Assembly: GCF_009914755.1 (NCBI RefSeq)
Contig: NC_060931.1
DNA length: 64,000 nucleotides
DNA from: the human T2T-CHM13v2.0 reference genome, Homo sapiens
Strand: one strand, 5' to 3'
Below, one piece after another: positions 1 through 18,435 of the stretch. The first letter of the stretch is position 1; every line of letters starts with the position of its first letter. The translations under genes were made by a program, and so were the position numbers. Under the pieces are notes generated by a model. It worked only from the letters and a program-made list of their open reading frames with translations, did not search any database and had not been told where the DNA came from.

Positions 1-925
1 AAAAATTAATACTATACTTACAATAAACAATGAAAATGGCATGACATTTACAAAGACTGACATAAAATGTTTTCATTATCAAGATGCTGAAATCAAGGAA
101 TATATGTACAGCTAAGACAAACTTGTATTCAATCTATCAAGATTTTTAGAATGACTTACACGGTAAGCTCTATGTCAGCATCTGGGGAACCAAAGTCCCT
201 TAAGGCATAGTCCCCATACTTGAGAAGCTCAGTCTCTCTAGGGCAACATCCACCCCTTTTCAGAGAAAAATTCTCTATGAAGTGGTAAATGCTATAATGG
301 AAACACAAAGTAGGGTGGAAACTCAAGGGATAGGGGGAACAAATGAGCATCAGAGCGTGGATCCTGGTTTTAACTTTTTCATTGTGCTGTGTTTGTGTGT
401 GCATGTGCATGCATCCCGGTCACATATATCTGACATTATGTAAAATTTAATCTAAATTGATACAATGTCTAGCCACACAAGTCCGAAATTAATAGTGCAC
501 ACAGTTGAAACAGGCCCATAGATACTGTACACATAATCATGTATAATATGATCAAATGTTAAAAGCAATAATCAGAAACATTTTCAACAAAGCTGACAGG
601 ATATTTAAGTGGTAAATTAAGCAGACACAGTTTGTAGAATTTAAAAATTACTACTAAGATTTGTACTTCCAGAATAACTAAAGGTAATTCATTAGAAAAA
701 AATTATGAAAATAAATTTTCTTTTGCTCACACTTAGTATCTTCAAAAGTCTATAGATCTTTGTTAGTAATTACTAAATAACTATTAGTGATACGAAGGGT
801 CAATACTTACATTTTTAAAGCTTACGATTAAGTAATCATAATGAAATGCTTACTTGGTACATAGAACACAGGACCTACCATGAATAGTTTGGACATAACA
901 CAAACAAATCAAATGTGACGCTTAC

Positions 926-996
926 CTCCTTGTTCACACAACTGCTGGGCTAAAGCATCTTTGAAAATAACCTGGCCCCGGTGTGTTGCTGTAGCC
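926..996 (-). CDS. 71-nt internal exon of an unidentified minus-strand gene; one open frame (x)[23 protein letters not shown](x), phase 2 in, phase 1 out; could instead be a 5'UTR/uORF exon
   Basis: Minus strand reads gaattaac-cttttcctatttgtttccag|GGCTACAGC...GAACAAGGAG|gtaagc: branch-point-like TTAAC, strong pyrimidine tract, CAG acceptor and consensus donor. GC-richer than its flanks; two of three frames contain stops. Confidence 0.65.
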
Positions 997-2250
997 CTGG
1001 AAACAAATAGGAAAAGGTTAATTCAACTCTTGTAATATGTTTGGTGAAAATGTATGTTTAAAACTTTTTAAAAAGCTTATTCTTAAACTTTATTGTGTGG
1101 ATATGATATTTTTAATGAGTACATCAGAAGAGTGATATAAATAACATGGAATGAAAGCTTAAACCAAGGCACCTGGGTTGAGGACTGTCTTCTGGTTTTA
1201 CTATATAAAGACACTGTAACAGTTGTGAGCTTGTTCTGAAAACAGCAGATGTGCGTAAAGCCTATAGAATAAAAAGTATGGAGAGGAGGCTTATTAAAAT
1301 TTCTTCTTCAGGAGCCTTTGATATAAAATGTTTTGTGGAGCAATATTGATATTAGTACTGGAGAAAGAGGCTCTTAAGTTACTTTTTTTCTGAAATCAAT
1401 AGTCACCGTAACTTATAGAGTTGAGACAGAGAATTACATTTTTAAAAAGTATTTTCTTAAAAAGAGGGCTATTCAAAGCTTTCATAATAAAATCTGTCAT
1501 AACAAAATAAAATCACATGAAGGAGATTCACTATTTGAAGGAGATGTATATCTTTTACTTCTTCCAATCAAAGCTGCGTACAAGGACTGATGGAAAAAAA
1601 ATAACATCCTTGCAGCAGATGTGTTATTCAATGGCTATAATAAAAAAAGTCTTATTAAAGGAATAATTATGCTTTATATATGAAGGGTTTTCCCTTAAAA
1701 AGAATCTTTCTGGCACAAAATGTATTATTTAAACAAATTTAAAACAGAAAATCTTGTCTCTAAGAAACTTGATTTTAGAAAATAAGCCATACACAAAACT
1801 TTTTTTAATAACAAAAAAATTAGCATGAAATCTTAACTTTAGTTTTAGCCAAAACCATCCTAGGGCAAAAATAATTTGATTTAACTATCATCTGCTGAAG
1901 ATGGATTATGTACAAGGCACTGTACTAGCTCACGACAGGGCGAAGTTTAGCCTATGTATTCCCCCTTGATATGCGTGCCCTTCCTTCGGTCAACATCTTG
2001 TTGTTTGCTGGGCCCAGTAGGGCTTCCTGGCTCCCAACATTCCTTGCTCTGGCCCACGTGTGGATGCACCTTTCCCCTCCCTTCTGCAGACCTTTCTGAA
2101 TTCCATCCTGATTGAATTGTAAGTAGACCCTAGTGTCAGTCCCCGTGGACCCAAGTCTCTGAAGGTAATCTGATAAATTAATCCATGTTGAAGTGTTAAT
2201 GGGTGATATCACTTCAAGCTAACATATTTCAGCAGTGAAAGTGTTATACC

Positions 2251-2252
<2 letters not shown>

Positions 2253-2284
<32 letters not shown>
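2253..2284 (+). repeat. (CA)16 microsatellite
   Basis: Direct reading. Confidence 0.95.
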
Positions 2285-2286
<2 letters not shown>

Positions 2287-3789
2287 GGCACAATAGTGAG
2301 AGTTTTGAATGGTGGAAGGGAGATACAATTGGAGAGAAAAATCACTGGGTGGCCTTCAACTCACACCATATGTGAAGCTTATAAGGGGCGTCAGCCCTTG
2401 TTGTTGCATATTAATCATTATCAAAATTACACAAAAACAGATGCTACTATTCTTTTTAAATATTCACATAAGTTTATAGGTTTTTCTTTGCTTTCAGAAA
2501 GCTGAAAATGTGGAGAACTAAACATAGGGCCAATCCAAGCCATAAACATGGCCTAGAGGCTCTCTAATCAGTACAGATTTTATGACCAGAGGGAACACCG
2601 TAACTTTTTTACTTAAATACACTGTTCAAACCAACCAATCCAAGAGTGTCTGAGTTCACATACACTTCCAATAGCAACACAGTGATCACCAATGTAGAAT
2701 TTTAACGTGACATTTGCTTTGGAAGGGACACATTTTCTGAAATCACTAACCACCAAGAAAAGTCCTACGACAGGCAATGTTTAAATAACTGTTCGTTTTT
2801 GTTGTCTTCTGGTTCTAAGTATATAATATTCCTATCATAATATTTCTTATTGGTCCACAAGCCTACTTGTCATTGTGCCAGCCTATGCTCCCATGAACAC
2901 GATCAGCCAAATTATCAAAATAAGATTCAGGTAACAGAGGTTTCACCTTTTCTCTAAATATCAGATATACCAACATCTGCTAGTCACTTTATAGCATCTT
3001 GTGAGGAGTCCACACTGTTTTCCCCATTACTCAGTTTCCTCAGATTTATTATTTGTTGCCTTCATTAATATTCTTACTTCTGCTACTTTGGTTCAATAAA
3101 TCTCATAAATTTCTAAAGAATAATGACAGAGTAATTGAACCTGAACGAACCTTTAAGATCATCTGGTCAAAACGACTTTAGCAGTGGTACTCATTCTTCA
3201 AACAAATATGGAATTCCAATGAATAATAGAGAGGAGCCCTAGCTTTTCAAAATTACGGGGCTCCACACTACCTATTTCCCAAATCTTGCTATCGTGCTTC
3301 TCTGGAACTCTTAGGGTTTAAGGGAGCAGAGTTTGAAAACCACTAAACTGGTCTAATTCTTACAGTATATGGATCAGGAACGTGAGGCCAGGCAGGATAT
3401 TAACCTACTGAAGGTTACACAGCCCATTAATGGTAGATAAGATCTGATTTCAGGTCTTAGATTCGAGGCCTTGGATTCTTTCCCTTGCATCAGCAGTTTT
3501 CCAAATGTGTTCCACAGTGATGCCCTAGGGGTCTCCATGAGAGTCAAGAGAAGGAGGGGCAACAGCCAATGTTCCAGGCACCAGCCAATTCAACCAAACC
3601 GTCTAGGCTTTATATGTTCTAATTATTTAATTTTCTTTAAAGAAAGGGCTCAGTAATTAAAAGCTGGCTTGAGAAGCACAGCACACCATGTGCTCAATGA
3701 CATTATCTGAAGTCCCCTGCTTGGGAAAAGAAGTAGTAGTAATAATAATAGTGGCTAGTATATATACTTACTGTTATTCTAACAACTAT

Positions 3790-4000
3790 TATGAATTGAA
3801 ATTTACCCCCTAGGCACTGCTGTAGGGCTTTACATAAATTAACTCAGTTAATCCTGTTAACAGCCCTACAAAGTAGATACTCTTATCCATTTTTCCTCGG
3901 ACACAGAGCTACTGCATGATTTACAAATGTCACACCACTGGTGGCAAAGCTGGGATTCAAACCCAGGCAGTTTGAGTGTAGAGTCTTTGCTTTTAAGCAT
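3790..4000 (-). mobile_element. MIR SINE
   Basis: ttaatcct..aacagcccta..gctgggattcaaacccaggcagtt matches the MIR reverse consensus. Confidence 0.75.
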
Positions 4001-4043
4001 TACAGCAATATTTCATTAACCTGGTTCAAAAATATGATGGTAG

Positions 4044-4394
<351 letters not shown>

Positions 4395-4767
4395 CAGGGC
4401 CTGATCTTTAAAGAAATGTCTTCTCTGACTTGTATTCTCTACTCCAACCCTTCAGGCTAAAGCCATTTTAGTTAACCTCCTTTTGGACAAACTTCTCATC
4501 ATTTCCGTTGGAACTCTGGCCTCTTGGCCAGCAACTCCTTGCACTTTGTCTTTGAAAATACCATTTCTCTCTCTCAACCCCTTCTCCCACAGTGTTCTGT
4601 GAGCCCCTCGACTTCTTTTCAACTTTTTATTATTTAATATAAAATCTAAGACAAGATACATTAAATGCTTATTGGCATATATTTAGTCTTCACCTAGTAC
4701 ATAGTATTTGTCCAATTTTAAACTTTCTTCCATTTTATAGGTTTCAATTAATCTTTTTTAAAAAAAT

Positions 4768-5176
4768 GTTTTAACATTTATTTTAAGTTCTGGGGTACAT
4801 GTGCAGGTTTGTTACACAGGTAAACTTGTGTCACTGGGGTTTGTTGTACAGATTACTTCATCACCCAGGTACTAAGCCTAGTACACATTAGTTATTTTTC
4901 CTGATCTTCTCCCTACTCCCACCCTCCACCCTCCAATAGGCTCCAGTGTGTGTTGTTCCTCTCTATGTGTCCATGTGTTCTTATCATTTAGCTCCCACTT
5001 ATCAGTGAGAACATTTGGTATTTGGTTTTCTGTTCCTATGTTAGTTTGCTAAGGATAATGGCCTCCAGCTCCATCCATATCCCTATGAAGGACCTGATCT
5101 CATTCTTTTTTTATGGCTGCGTAGTATTCCATGGTATATATGTATCATATTTTCTTTATCCAGTCTACCATTGATG
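4768..5176 (-). mobile_element. L1 3' end fragment (L1PA13-like)
   Basis: ggggtacatgtgcaggtttgttacacaggtaaacttgtgtca...catcacccaggtactaagcctagta is an antisense L1PA 3'UTR. Confidence 0.85.
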
Positions 5177-5799
5177 GAGCCCCTAGACTTCTATCAGCTT
5201 ACTGTAGTCCCCTTTCAACTCTTTGTCATATTTCTTCCAATGAAGACCCCTTGCATCTTCCTGTATGCTACTGCCATAAAATTACTGGATGACGTTCTCA
5301 GCCATGCTGCTGCCCAAACCCTGGAACATACGTGGATACCCAATACACACATGTGTGCTGACAGATAAACATCACTTGCATCACTTTCTTTCCAAACCCT
5401 TAGAACCCTCAGATAACATTTTAATCTAAAATGATCCCACCCTATAGAAGACGCATGGTTAGTATTTCTAAAGGTCTGCATATTGGCATCTTATCTTGGG
5501 GAAAAGAAAAAGCAGAAGCCCAAGTGACCAGCAATAACACAGGCTCCCTTGCTTTATCCCATGAGCCATCCGCACTGCACTCCTTAGGGTGGGATTAATG
5601 TCAATATGGCAAGCCTATTTGAATGTATTTAGAGCTGTCAAATAATTCATGGTGGTTTACCCACAGAATCACAGCATTTATTTCAAATCTTCTATGGAAA
5701 TATATATATTCTGCTATATAAATATATATTATATATTCCAAAATTGCTAAAAGCACAGTAACTCACAATTAAGTCTCTAGAGGTTGGGTCCTCCAATTT

Positions 5800-6108
5800 T
5801 AAAAATTACATTGACAGATAAAATTGTATGTAAAGCTGTGTATTAAATCTAGCTAATTAACATATGCATTACTTCCTATAGTCATCGTTTTTGTGGTGAG
5901 ATCCACATCCACTCTTTTAGCATTTTCAAGAGTACAATACTATAGTCACCATGTTGTGCAATAGATATCTTGAACTTATCCCTCCTGTCTAACTGAAATT
6001 TTGTATCTTTGACCAACATCTCCCCATCTACCTCCCCAAACCACCCAGCCCCTGATAACCCCCATTCTACTCTCTACTTCTATAAGACCAACTTTTTTAG
6101 ATTCCACC
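5800..6108 (-). mobile_element. L1MA 3' end fragment with 12-bp TSD gtcctccaattt (5788-5799 / 6111-6122)
   Basis: tatagtcaccatgttgtgcaatagatatcttgaacttat..ttagattccac is L1MA 3'UTR; direct repeat on both flanks. Confidence 0.8.
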
Positions 6109-7514
6109 AAGTCCTCCAATTTGTAACACACAATATATTTTAAAATAAGAATACAGAGTTATGGTACATGGTGACAAGCCTGATTCATTTCCAGAATTGT
6201 TATTTTATGTAATTTACAGCTGTCTCTCGGGGGGAAGGTCCATCACACTGATGGTGTTATTAACTATGCTGGTACTATTTGCACTTAATTTTACATAATT
6301 AGAAATAATTTTTCTTAAGAGTTCAGGAAATATCCTCATTGTTTACTATTTTGGAAAGTAGACCAAGTTTCTTAAACACGTTTCTAATAAGCACTTATCT
6401 CCTTCTTGGGAGATGCACAGATCTCTAAGGCAAACTTGCCAACAAGAGCCCCTATTAACTAAGTAATTTTAAAATCCCTTTGGACTGTTACTACCTAACA
6501 TTTTAAAAGCTCTATAGATTCTCCAAAATGAAGAAAGTTCATTATGATCATCATATTCAGTGCTTGAAAAAGCATTTATTGTCATGATTTAAAAAAAGCC
6601 TGTGATATTTTCAACCTAACTAAACAACAGAGTAGCTGTATGCCCAAAGCATTTAAGAATTAAGCGTGCATTCTGCTGCGGCACAGGGCTGAGGTATAGT
6701 CTCTGCAAGGAGAAAGACCAGTGACAGAACACAGTTAGGTGCCACTTATGAGCTACATGACTTTGGACAACTTCTTTAATCACTCTAGGCAACAGACTCC
6801 CTATCTGAGGATAGGGATAACTTGAAATAATAACTATTACTTCAAGATATTAATATTCACTCTTAAATACCTACAGTCTCTCCACCTAAATAGATTTCAA
6901 GCTTCTGGAATAGGAATCAGTAAATAAAAAGAAATTATCCCCCACAAGGCATTGGTCATAATGATTTGAACATATGAAGGAATCAGAGGTATTTATATTT
7001 TTGACTTATATTTGTATTTGATTTATATTTTTCACTCCATAATTTGCTTACCATGTATTGCCATCTAGTTTACAAAGAAGGAATACAAAAGTATTTTAAT
7101 ATACTTGCTATAATGCCTAAATTCCCAAGTGTATTACTATTTGTTGATTTCATGAATCAATTTGCTCATAGATTAACCTAAAGAATCATACCAGCTGGTT
7201 CATTTTTAAACCTATGACAATGCACTTTACCTCCAGGGGTGGGTTGCTTTTTCTATCTACTGCTTTGTTAATGAGGTCTGGTATATTAGTTGACTTGTCC
7301 ATTTTACAGCTGGAAGAGCATTCGTTAATCAGCATTCTGAAGTTAGTCTTGTGTAATTCAGTATGCCTGTGCCAAGCCACCCTTCAGGAAAGGTAACTAA
7401 ATATGTGGAATATGGGGGAAAAAAGAGTTGATCTGAGTTCGGTAAATTTGATCTTCAAAGGAATCAATTCACCCTTTAAAATTCTTATCCCTTTGTATCA
7501 GCAAATTACAGTAC

Positions 7515-7645
7515 TTTCTTTTCTCTTTCTTTCTTTTTTTTTTTTTTTAAGACAAAGTCTCACTATGTCACCCAGGTTAATCTTAACTCCTGGGCTCAAA
7601 CAATCCTCCCACCTTGCCCTCTCAAAGTGCTGGGATTAAAAGCAT
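7515..7645 (-). mobile_element. FLAM / Alu monomer
   Basis: Poly-T, then gacaaagtctcactatgtcacccagg..ctcctgggctcaa..aaagtgctgggatta; single arm. Confidence 0.8.
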
Positions 7646-10600
7646 AAAACGTACAGTGCATTCTAATTTGGGGATATATATTGATGTTTATCAAAATAAG
7701 AAAAAAACTCGCTTCAAAACCCATAAAAAAGAGAAATGAATAGCTTCAAGGAGTAATTATTTTTGTTAAACTCTCAACTTCAACTATGGCAAAGCCATTG
7801 CAAAATAAGCAAAGGATTCTGTATGTTTTCACAATGCTTTTGCTATCTTTACTGCCCTAATTGTTTTTATAGTTACATCTTTTATTCCTAAGCCACAGAA
7901 TTTTTTTTCTGTCAAATGTATAAATACTTTATCTCCTTGAAAACAACAAATTTCAGTATTAATGTTCATTATCCAGTAATCACAAAGTCTACCTGTCCTT
8001 AAAGGTTACCAAATAGATGGTTTAACCTTGATTTGTGATCAAAGTGTACTTTTTATTAGCAAGAGAAGGAACATGCAGATGAAATCCTTTAAGTATGGCA
8101 AATCAATGAATGGTTAATAGTAACTTAGCTTTCTTCCAAAGTGATTCAGCAAACTCCTGAAATGGAGATGGAGGCTTTACGTTCATCTGACAGTATTTGT
8201 TCATCCATGGTATTGTAAGCATTCAGCCACATGTAGTATGAACTGTTTTACTTAAAGTGTTTTTAATAACATCACTAAATGATTTTGCATTGAAATAAAG
8301 AGTAATCATTTCAGTGAAAAACACTTGGTAGTTGCAGGATATGTAACAGCAAAGAGAAGGAGACATTTATCATTGGCAGAGTTATATATCCTTTGTAAAT
8401 CACCAATGAAGTGAATCTGGGGAGGGAAGATACCCACAAGCAGATTAAACCACATTTTATTTTGTTCATATGCAGAAGAATGGCTCGTCTAGTAAAAGGA
8501 AGAAATGACAAATTTCTCATGATTATCACAAAGTTTTAATGAAAGGGGACGTTGATTGGACTGATGTATGTATCAAGGAGGATCACCATTAAGGTGTCAA
8601 ATGTGTCAAAAGTTCCCAACTCACATTTAGGATTAACTTTAATTTCCAGGAATATGTAATTTATTTCAGGAGAAAATAACTTTATGAGTAAAGTCAAATG
8701 AGAAATGCAGATTAAAAAATTCCTCAGCAGCCCTCACCTACGTCAGTAAGAGGTGAAATCCTCAGAGCAGCCCAGCTAACAGTGACCTGGCGTAAGCATG
8801 TGAAAGCATCCACATTTCGAAAACTGAATGCAGGAGTGCTGTCTACCAAGAGTGAGTGACTTTTTATTGTTTAAATTTAAAATGGCTCTATTTGGGTTTT
8901 ATCAGAAATTTTCCTGGTTTTTCCTGGTTCACAACTAATGGATCCTTGATTATGAATAACGGCAAAAAGGATACATAATTTTTTCTTAATAAAAAGATGA
9001 TGTTCTCTCTGCCTCTTCTAATAATTATTCAACAAACCATTATGGATTATGAACCTGAAGGGGTGTTAATTATTAGTCTGCTTTAGGTGCTCACATTTCT
9101 TACCTTGGCCCTGTTGGCATATGATATAAACTCAGAAAACATTCTTTTTGGATTATGTCTTCTTTGTTATGTTATGTGTACCCTAGGCACAGGGATTTTA
9201 GTCTGTTTCCTTTTTAATATTTTACCTGATAATTGACATAAAGCATCCATGCAGTAAATGTTTGTGAAATGGGTGAATGATTAATGTATGTTACACTTGA
9301 TACAGAATGTTAAATGCTTTAAAAAGTAACCAGCAAGCTACTGCATAAGAAACACTATGAAAAAGATGATTAGATGATAATAATAGTCAAGACAAACATT
9401 GTTATAAGTAAGATTTATCTTGGAAATCAGTTAACAGCAAGAACAGTAAAAGTAAATAAGCTGATGTATTTGCTTTATTATTACAATACGTTTCATCATT
9501 TAACATCTTCCAGAGTATCCTTAAACTAACTGTATTCTGGAAATGCCTTCTAAAACATTAAAATAAAAATGCTTTCCACACCACCTTTTAAAATCATTAA
9601 AATTATTTGAGAGGCTCTGCTGTTTTAAACACCTTTTAATTAAGTAAGCCTATGGTCACTTGTCTCAGAGGCATTCTTAGGCAAGGCAAGAACAAAACTG
9701 GAAAAATGGCATGTCAATTCCAAAGAAAATCCTAGTAAAAAACAATGTTTTCTGCTGGATATGAATTAAACAGTCTGTAAATTTGCTGAAAGATGTATGC
9801 AAAGTATTTAAGTATCACATTTAAGTGGACTCAAAGAAAGAGCACTAGTTTCCACAATAGAAGAAGCGGAGTTTTGCTCTAGGATGGGCATCCATTACCT
9901 CCATGATTTATACTGTGTCACTTAACTTCTGTGTGTCTTACTTTCTTAATCTATGAAATAAACTGAATGGACTGAACAATTTTAAGGTTCAAACAGCAGA
10001 TCTGGAATCAGAAGATGTGGGTTTGCACCACAGCTCAATGATTTATGTTGATCTTATATGAGTGTTAATTTTCTGAGATAGGACTAGAAATGTTGTGCTA
10101 TTTATTTTCAGGGCTGTGATGAAAATCAAATGTGATCAACTCTGTGAAAATATTGTGGAAAATATAAGGAATTATGATGATAATGTCTGGTTGGTCACTT
10201 CAGAATATAGCACAGAATTGAAAGGGAATTAAAGGAGCACATTCTATAGGATTTAAGATCAAAAGCTGTTTTTGATCTTAAAAGGAAAAAAAGGGAAGAC
10301 TGTAAACTCCATTTTTTTTTTTGACTGTGATGAAGTCAATGAAAGCTCCAATAAGGGATATGATTTCTAACCTAGTTAATTAATCATAACAAATTAGGAC
10401 AGTAATGGTGTTTTCCTGCAAAGAAATCCTGCCAAAGTACATACAAGTGTTGCTTTGAAGGAAATAAGTTGTAAAGCAAGCCTCTACTATAGCATACAAT
10501 ATTAAAAAACTTTTTTTCCGTTATAAAGGTAACTTGTATTATGAAAAATTTTAAATACATAAAAGTATTAATGTGAAAATAAAATTAGTCATATTCATAC

Positions 10601-10785
10601 TAAGGAGAGATAATCACTATTCATATTTTAGTAAATCATATACCCTTGTAGTTTTTAAAATTAATATAAAGTTGTTTAAAAAATTGCTTCCCTAAACAGC
10701 TGTTTTCTATTTGCTTATGTTTAATATTTATTATAAATAGTTGCCATGTCATTAAGTACTTTTCAAACAAGATTTTTAAAGGCCA

Positions 10786-14710
<3,925 letters not shown>

Positions 14711-14884
14711 AATATTCCACTGGATAGCTATATCATAGTTTCTTTATTCTACTGTTGTTGGAATTTTACTTCTATATAATTTTAAATAATGAAGTGTATA
14801 AACCTTTGACCATATCTCTTGCATTTTAAGATGTATTTCCAGGCCTGGGGTAGTCAAAATATGGGCATAAGCACTTAATGCTTT

Positions 14885-15045
14885 TGTTATGAACTTCATG
14901 TTTGTGTCCCACCCTCCGCCCCTCCAAATTCATATGTCATTACCCTAACTCCCAATGTGATAGAGTTTGGAGATGGGGTCTTTGGGAGGCTGATGAGATC
15001 ATGAGGGTAGTGCCCTGGTCATAGGATTGGTGTCCTTTAAAGAAG
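14885..15045 (+). mobile_element. MaLR LTR 5' half (MLT1A/MST-like)
   Basis: tgttatg..tgtgtccc..caaattcatatgt..ctaactcccaatgtgatag..tttggagatgggg..tttgggagg. Confidence 0.7.
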
Positions 15046-15050
15046 AAAAT

Positions 15051-15370
15051 AGGCAGGCGTGGTGGCTCATGCCTGTAATCCCAGGAATTTGGGAGGCTGA
15101 GGCGGGTGGATCATGAGGTCAGGAGTTTGAGACCAGTCTGGCCAATATGGTGAAACCCTGTCTCTACTGAAAATACAAAAATCAGCCAGGTGTGGTGGTG
15201 CATGCTTGTAGTCCCAGATACTCGGGAGGCTGAGGCAGAAGAATCGCTTGAATCTGGGAGGCGGAGGTTGCAGTGTGCCAGATCGCGCCACTGCACTCCA
15301 GCCTGGGCAACAGAGCAAGACTCTGTCTCAAAAACAAACAAACAAACAAAAAACCAAAAAAAGACAGAAA
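15051..15370 (+). mobile_element. Alu (AluSg-like)
   Basis: Full dimer, ggatcatgaggtcaggagtttgagaccag; (CAAA)n tail. Confidence 0.9.
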
Positions 15371-17190
15371 GAAAACAATTCCATTTATAAACTCATTGAA
15401 AAGAATAAGGTACTTAGTCATAAACTTGCAGAAGAAGTGTAAGACTTGTACATAACTACTAAACATCACTGAAAAAAAAAGATGGAAATAAATGGAAAAA
15501 CATCTTATGTTCATGACTTAGAAGGTGAACTCTTAAGATGGCAATACTACCTAAATGGATCTACAGATTCAGCATGATACCTCTCAAAATCTCAGCTGGG
15601 TATTTTCCAGAAATTGATAGCTAATTCTAAAATGTAAATGCAAGGGGCTCAGAAGAGTCAAAATAATCATGATAAAGAAGAAAGCTGGAGGACTTGCACT
15701 TCCTTATTTCAAAATTTACCACAAAGTTACCATAATCAAGACAATGTGATACTGCCATAAAAACAGATGTATAGATCAATAGAACAGAATTGAGAGTCCA
15801 GTAGTATACTTTTACATTTATGGTTAATTTCTGACAGGATAATTCCATGAAGAAAGAGGTCTTTAAAACAAATAATGTTCAGTCAACTGGATATCCACAT
15901 GCAAAAGAATGAGGTTAGACCTCTACCTCACACCATATACAAAAATTAACAAAATGGATCATAGATTTAAGTGTAATATAACTAAAACTGTAAAACTCTT
16001 AAAGGAAAACATAGGGATAAATCTTCATGACTTGATACTTGGCAGCAGTTTCTTAAATATAACATGAAAGGTGAAAGAAAAAAATAGATGAATAGAACTT
16101 TATCAAAATTAAAACCTTTGTGCAACAAAGGATACCATTTAAAAAGTTTTTAAAAAAAAAGACCCACAGAATGAGAGAAAATGTTTGCAAATCATATATC
16201 TGATAAAGAAATAGTATCCAGTATATATGAAGAACTCTTTACAACTCAATAAAAAATAAGTAACTCAATTTAAAAATGGGCAAACAATTTGAACAGACAT
16301 TTATCCAAAGAAAAAATACAAATGGTCAATAAACACATGAAAAGATGCTCAACATCATTAATATTAGGGAAATGCAATGAAATGAAATACCATTCTACTC
16401 CCACAAGATAGAATAAAAAAAGATAGACAATAATAAGTGTTGACAAGGATGTGGAGAAACTGTAATCCTCAAATATTGCTGGTGGGAATAAAAATGGTAT
16501 AGCCACTTTGGAAAACAGTTTGGCAATGCCTCAGAATGTTAAACATTGAGTTACTGTGTGACCCAGCAATTCCACTTGCAGTTGTATACACAAGAAACAC
16601 ATGAACACATGTTCACAGAGAAAAAAATGTATACACAAATGTTCTCAGAAGCATTATTAATAATAGGCAAAAGTGGAAACAACCTAAATGTCTGTCCACA
16701 GATGATTGGCTAAATAAAATGTGGTATATATCCATACAACGGAATATTATTCAACCATAAATGGAAATGAAGTACCGTTCATGCTACAATATCAATCAAC
16801 CTTGAAAATATGCAAAGTGAAAAAAATCCAGTCAGAGAATCCTATATATTATATGATTCCATTTATATGAAATGTCCAGAATAGGCAATTCTATAGCGAC
16901 AGAACATAGATTAGTAGTGGTTTCCGGGGGATGGGGGGATGGGGGGATGGGGAAATGTAAACTGACAGCTAATGGGTGCAGGGTGTCTTTTAGGGGTAAT
17001 AAAAATGTTATAAAAATTTTTATAATTGTGAAACTTTTAGTATATCTGTGGATATACTAAAATTTTTATAATTGTGAAACTTTTTAGTATATCTGTGGAT
17101 ATACTAAAAGCCACCTAATTGTATAGTTTAAAGGGATAAATTTTATGGGAAGTGAATTATATCTCAATAAAGCTGTTATTAAAAAATAAA
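15371..17190 (+). mobile_element. Old L1 (L1MB7/8-like), ORF2 3' part and 3'UTR
   Basis: Degenerate ORF2 C-terminal sequence; ends gtgaattatatctcaataaagctgttattaaaaa. Confidence 0.85.
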
Positions 17191-18135
17191 ATGGAAATAT
17201 ATTCTGGAAGGCTGTAGATAAGCTAATAGGAAATGGAAGCATAATAATACTGGGGACAGTCTGGTGTGTTCTGGGGACATCTGTTTTTTGAGACTGATAT
17301 TATAATGGAAAAAATACATTTTTGTTGCTTGAAACATGCAGAGAACAAAACTAAATTAGTATTTTTTAAATACTGTGGTCCTTCAATGCTTCATTAAAAA
17401 GAATGCAATAGGTGACCCAAGGAAACTATAAAGCCTCAAATTGCAACCAAATTTCAATTGAACCAAAGTTGAATTTCTATATATTACATGCAACTTTGAG
17501 CCCAGGGAGAGAATAATTTTTCTTTTGCAATGTATAAGTAGTTCTTCTTTTACCTGCCTCAGGACACATTTAGATGAAAGAAAACACATTAAATTATTGA
17601 TGTAATGATTAATTAAAAGTCCCTTTAAGTCATCTAGCATATGTATAGCAAAGCCCTTTGGCCTCACTCAGGCAAATCTACAACTCTTACAAGTATATTC
17701 CAAAGCAGTCATGTGTACCATGTTTTGATAAATTAAAGAATTGAAGTAACCAAAATGAATGCTGAGGATGTTGTCTGGATTACAGCTGATTTTATTCTGT
17801 GTCCTCCTCACCTAGAAATACACTCCCTTAAGTCTACATAGAACCATAATTAGACTGACTCTTCTCAGTGTTTCATGAAAATTCCAGCATTGCCATGTTG
17901 CTAAGCATCCAGGTGATAGTCCTGGTGATTATTACCAGCTCTGTCATTAGTAAATCCAATTTTAGAATAGTAAAAGTTCCAGCACAAGTCTAATAAGAAA
18001 CTTTAGAGGCTAGTGAAAAACAGACAGTGGCCCTAGCAGGTGTATTTTCAGGGAAAGCAAAAGGAACAAGAGATGGGAAAGGACAGTCAGAGTGACAGTG
18101 GTTGTCATCGGTAGTACAAGTGAACATTTTGCTAA

Positions 18136-18435
<300 letters not shown>

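Noticed and set aside
926-996. Naming the host gene
   Set aside because: I do not recognise the peptide or nucleotide sequence with confidence; a BLAT search is required.
7052-7064. 13-nt microexon-like pattern on minus (ctag|ATGGCAATACATG|gtaagc)
   Set aside because: Not a multiple of 3, puts the downstream exon into a frame with a stop, and such patterns are expected by chance in 64 kb.
16925-16952. G-quadruplex-forming (GGGGGGAT)n run
   Set aside because: It is the ordinary G-rich tract of an L1MB 3'UTR.
17805-17825. tatttctag|gtgagg on minus as a recursive site
   Set aside because: Pyrimidine tract too short and no branch-point support.
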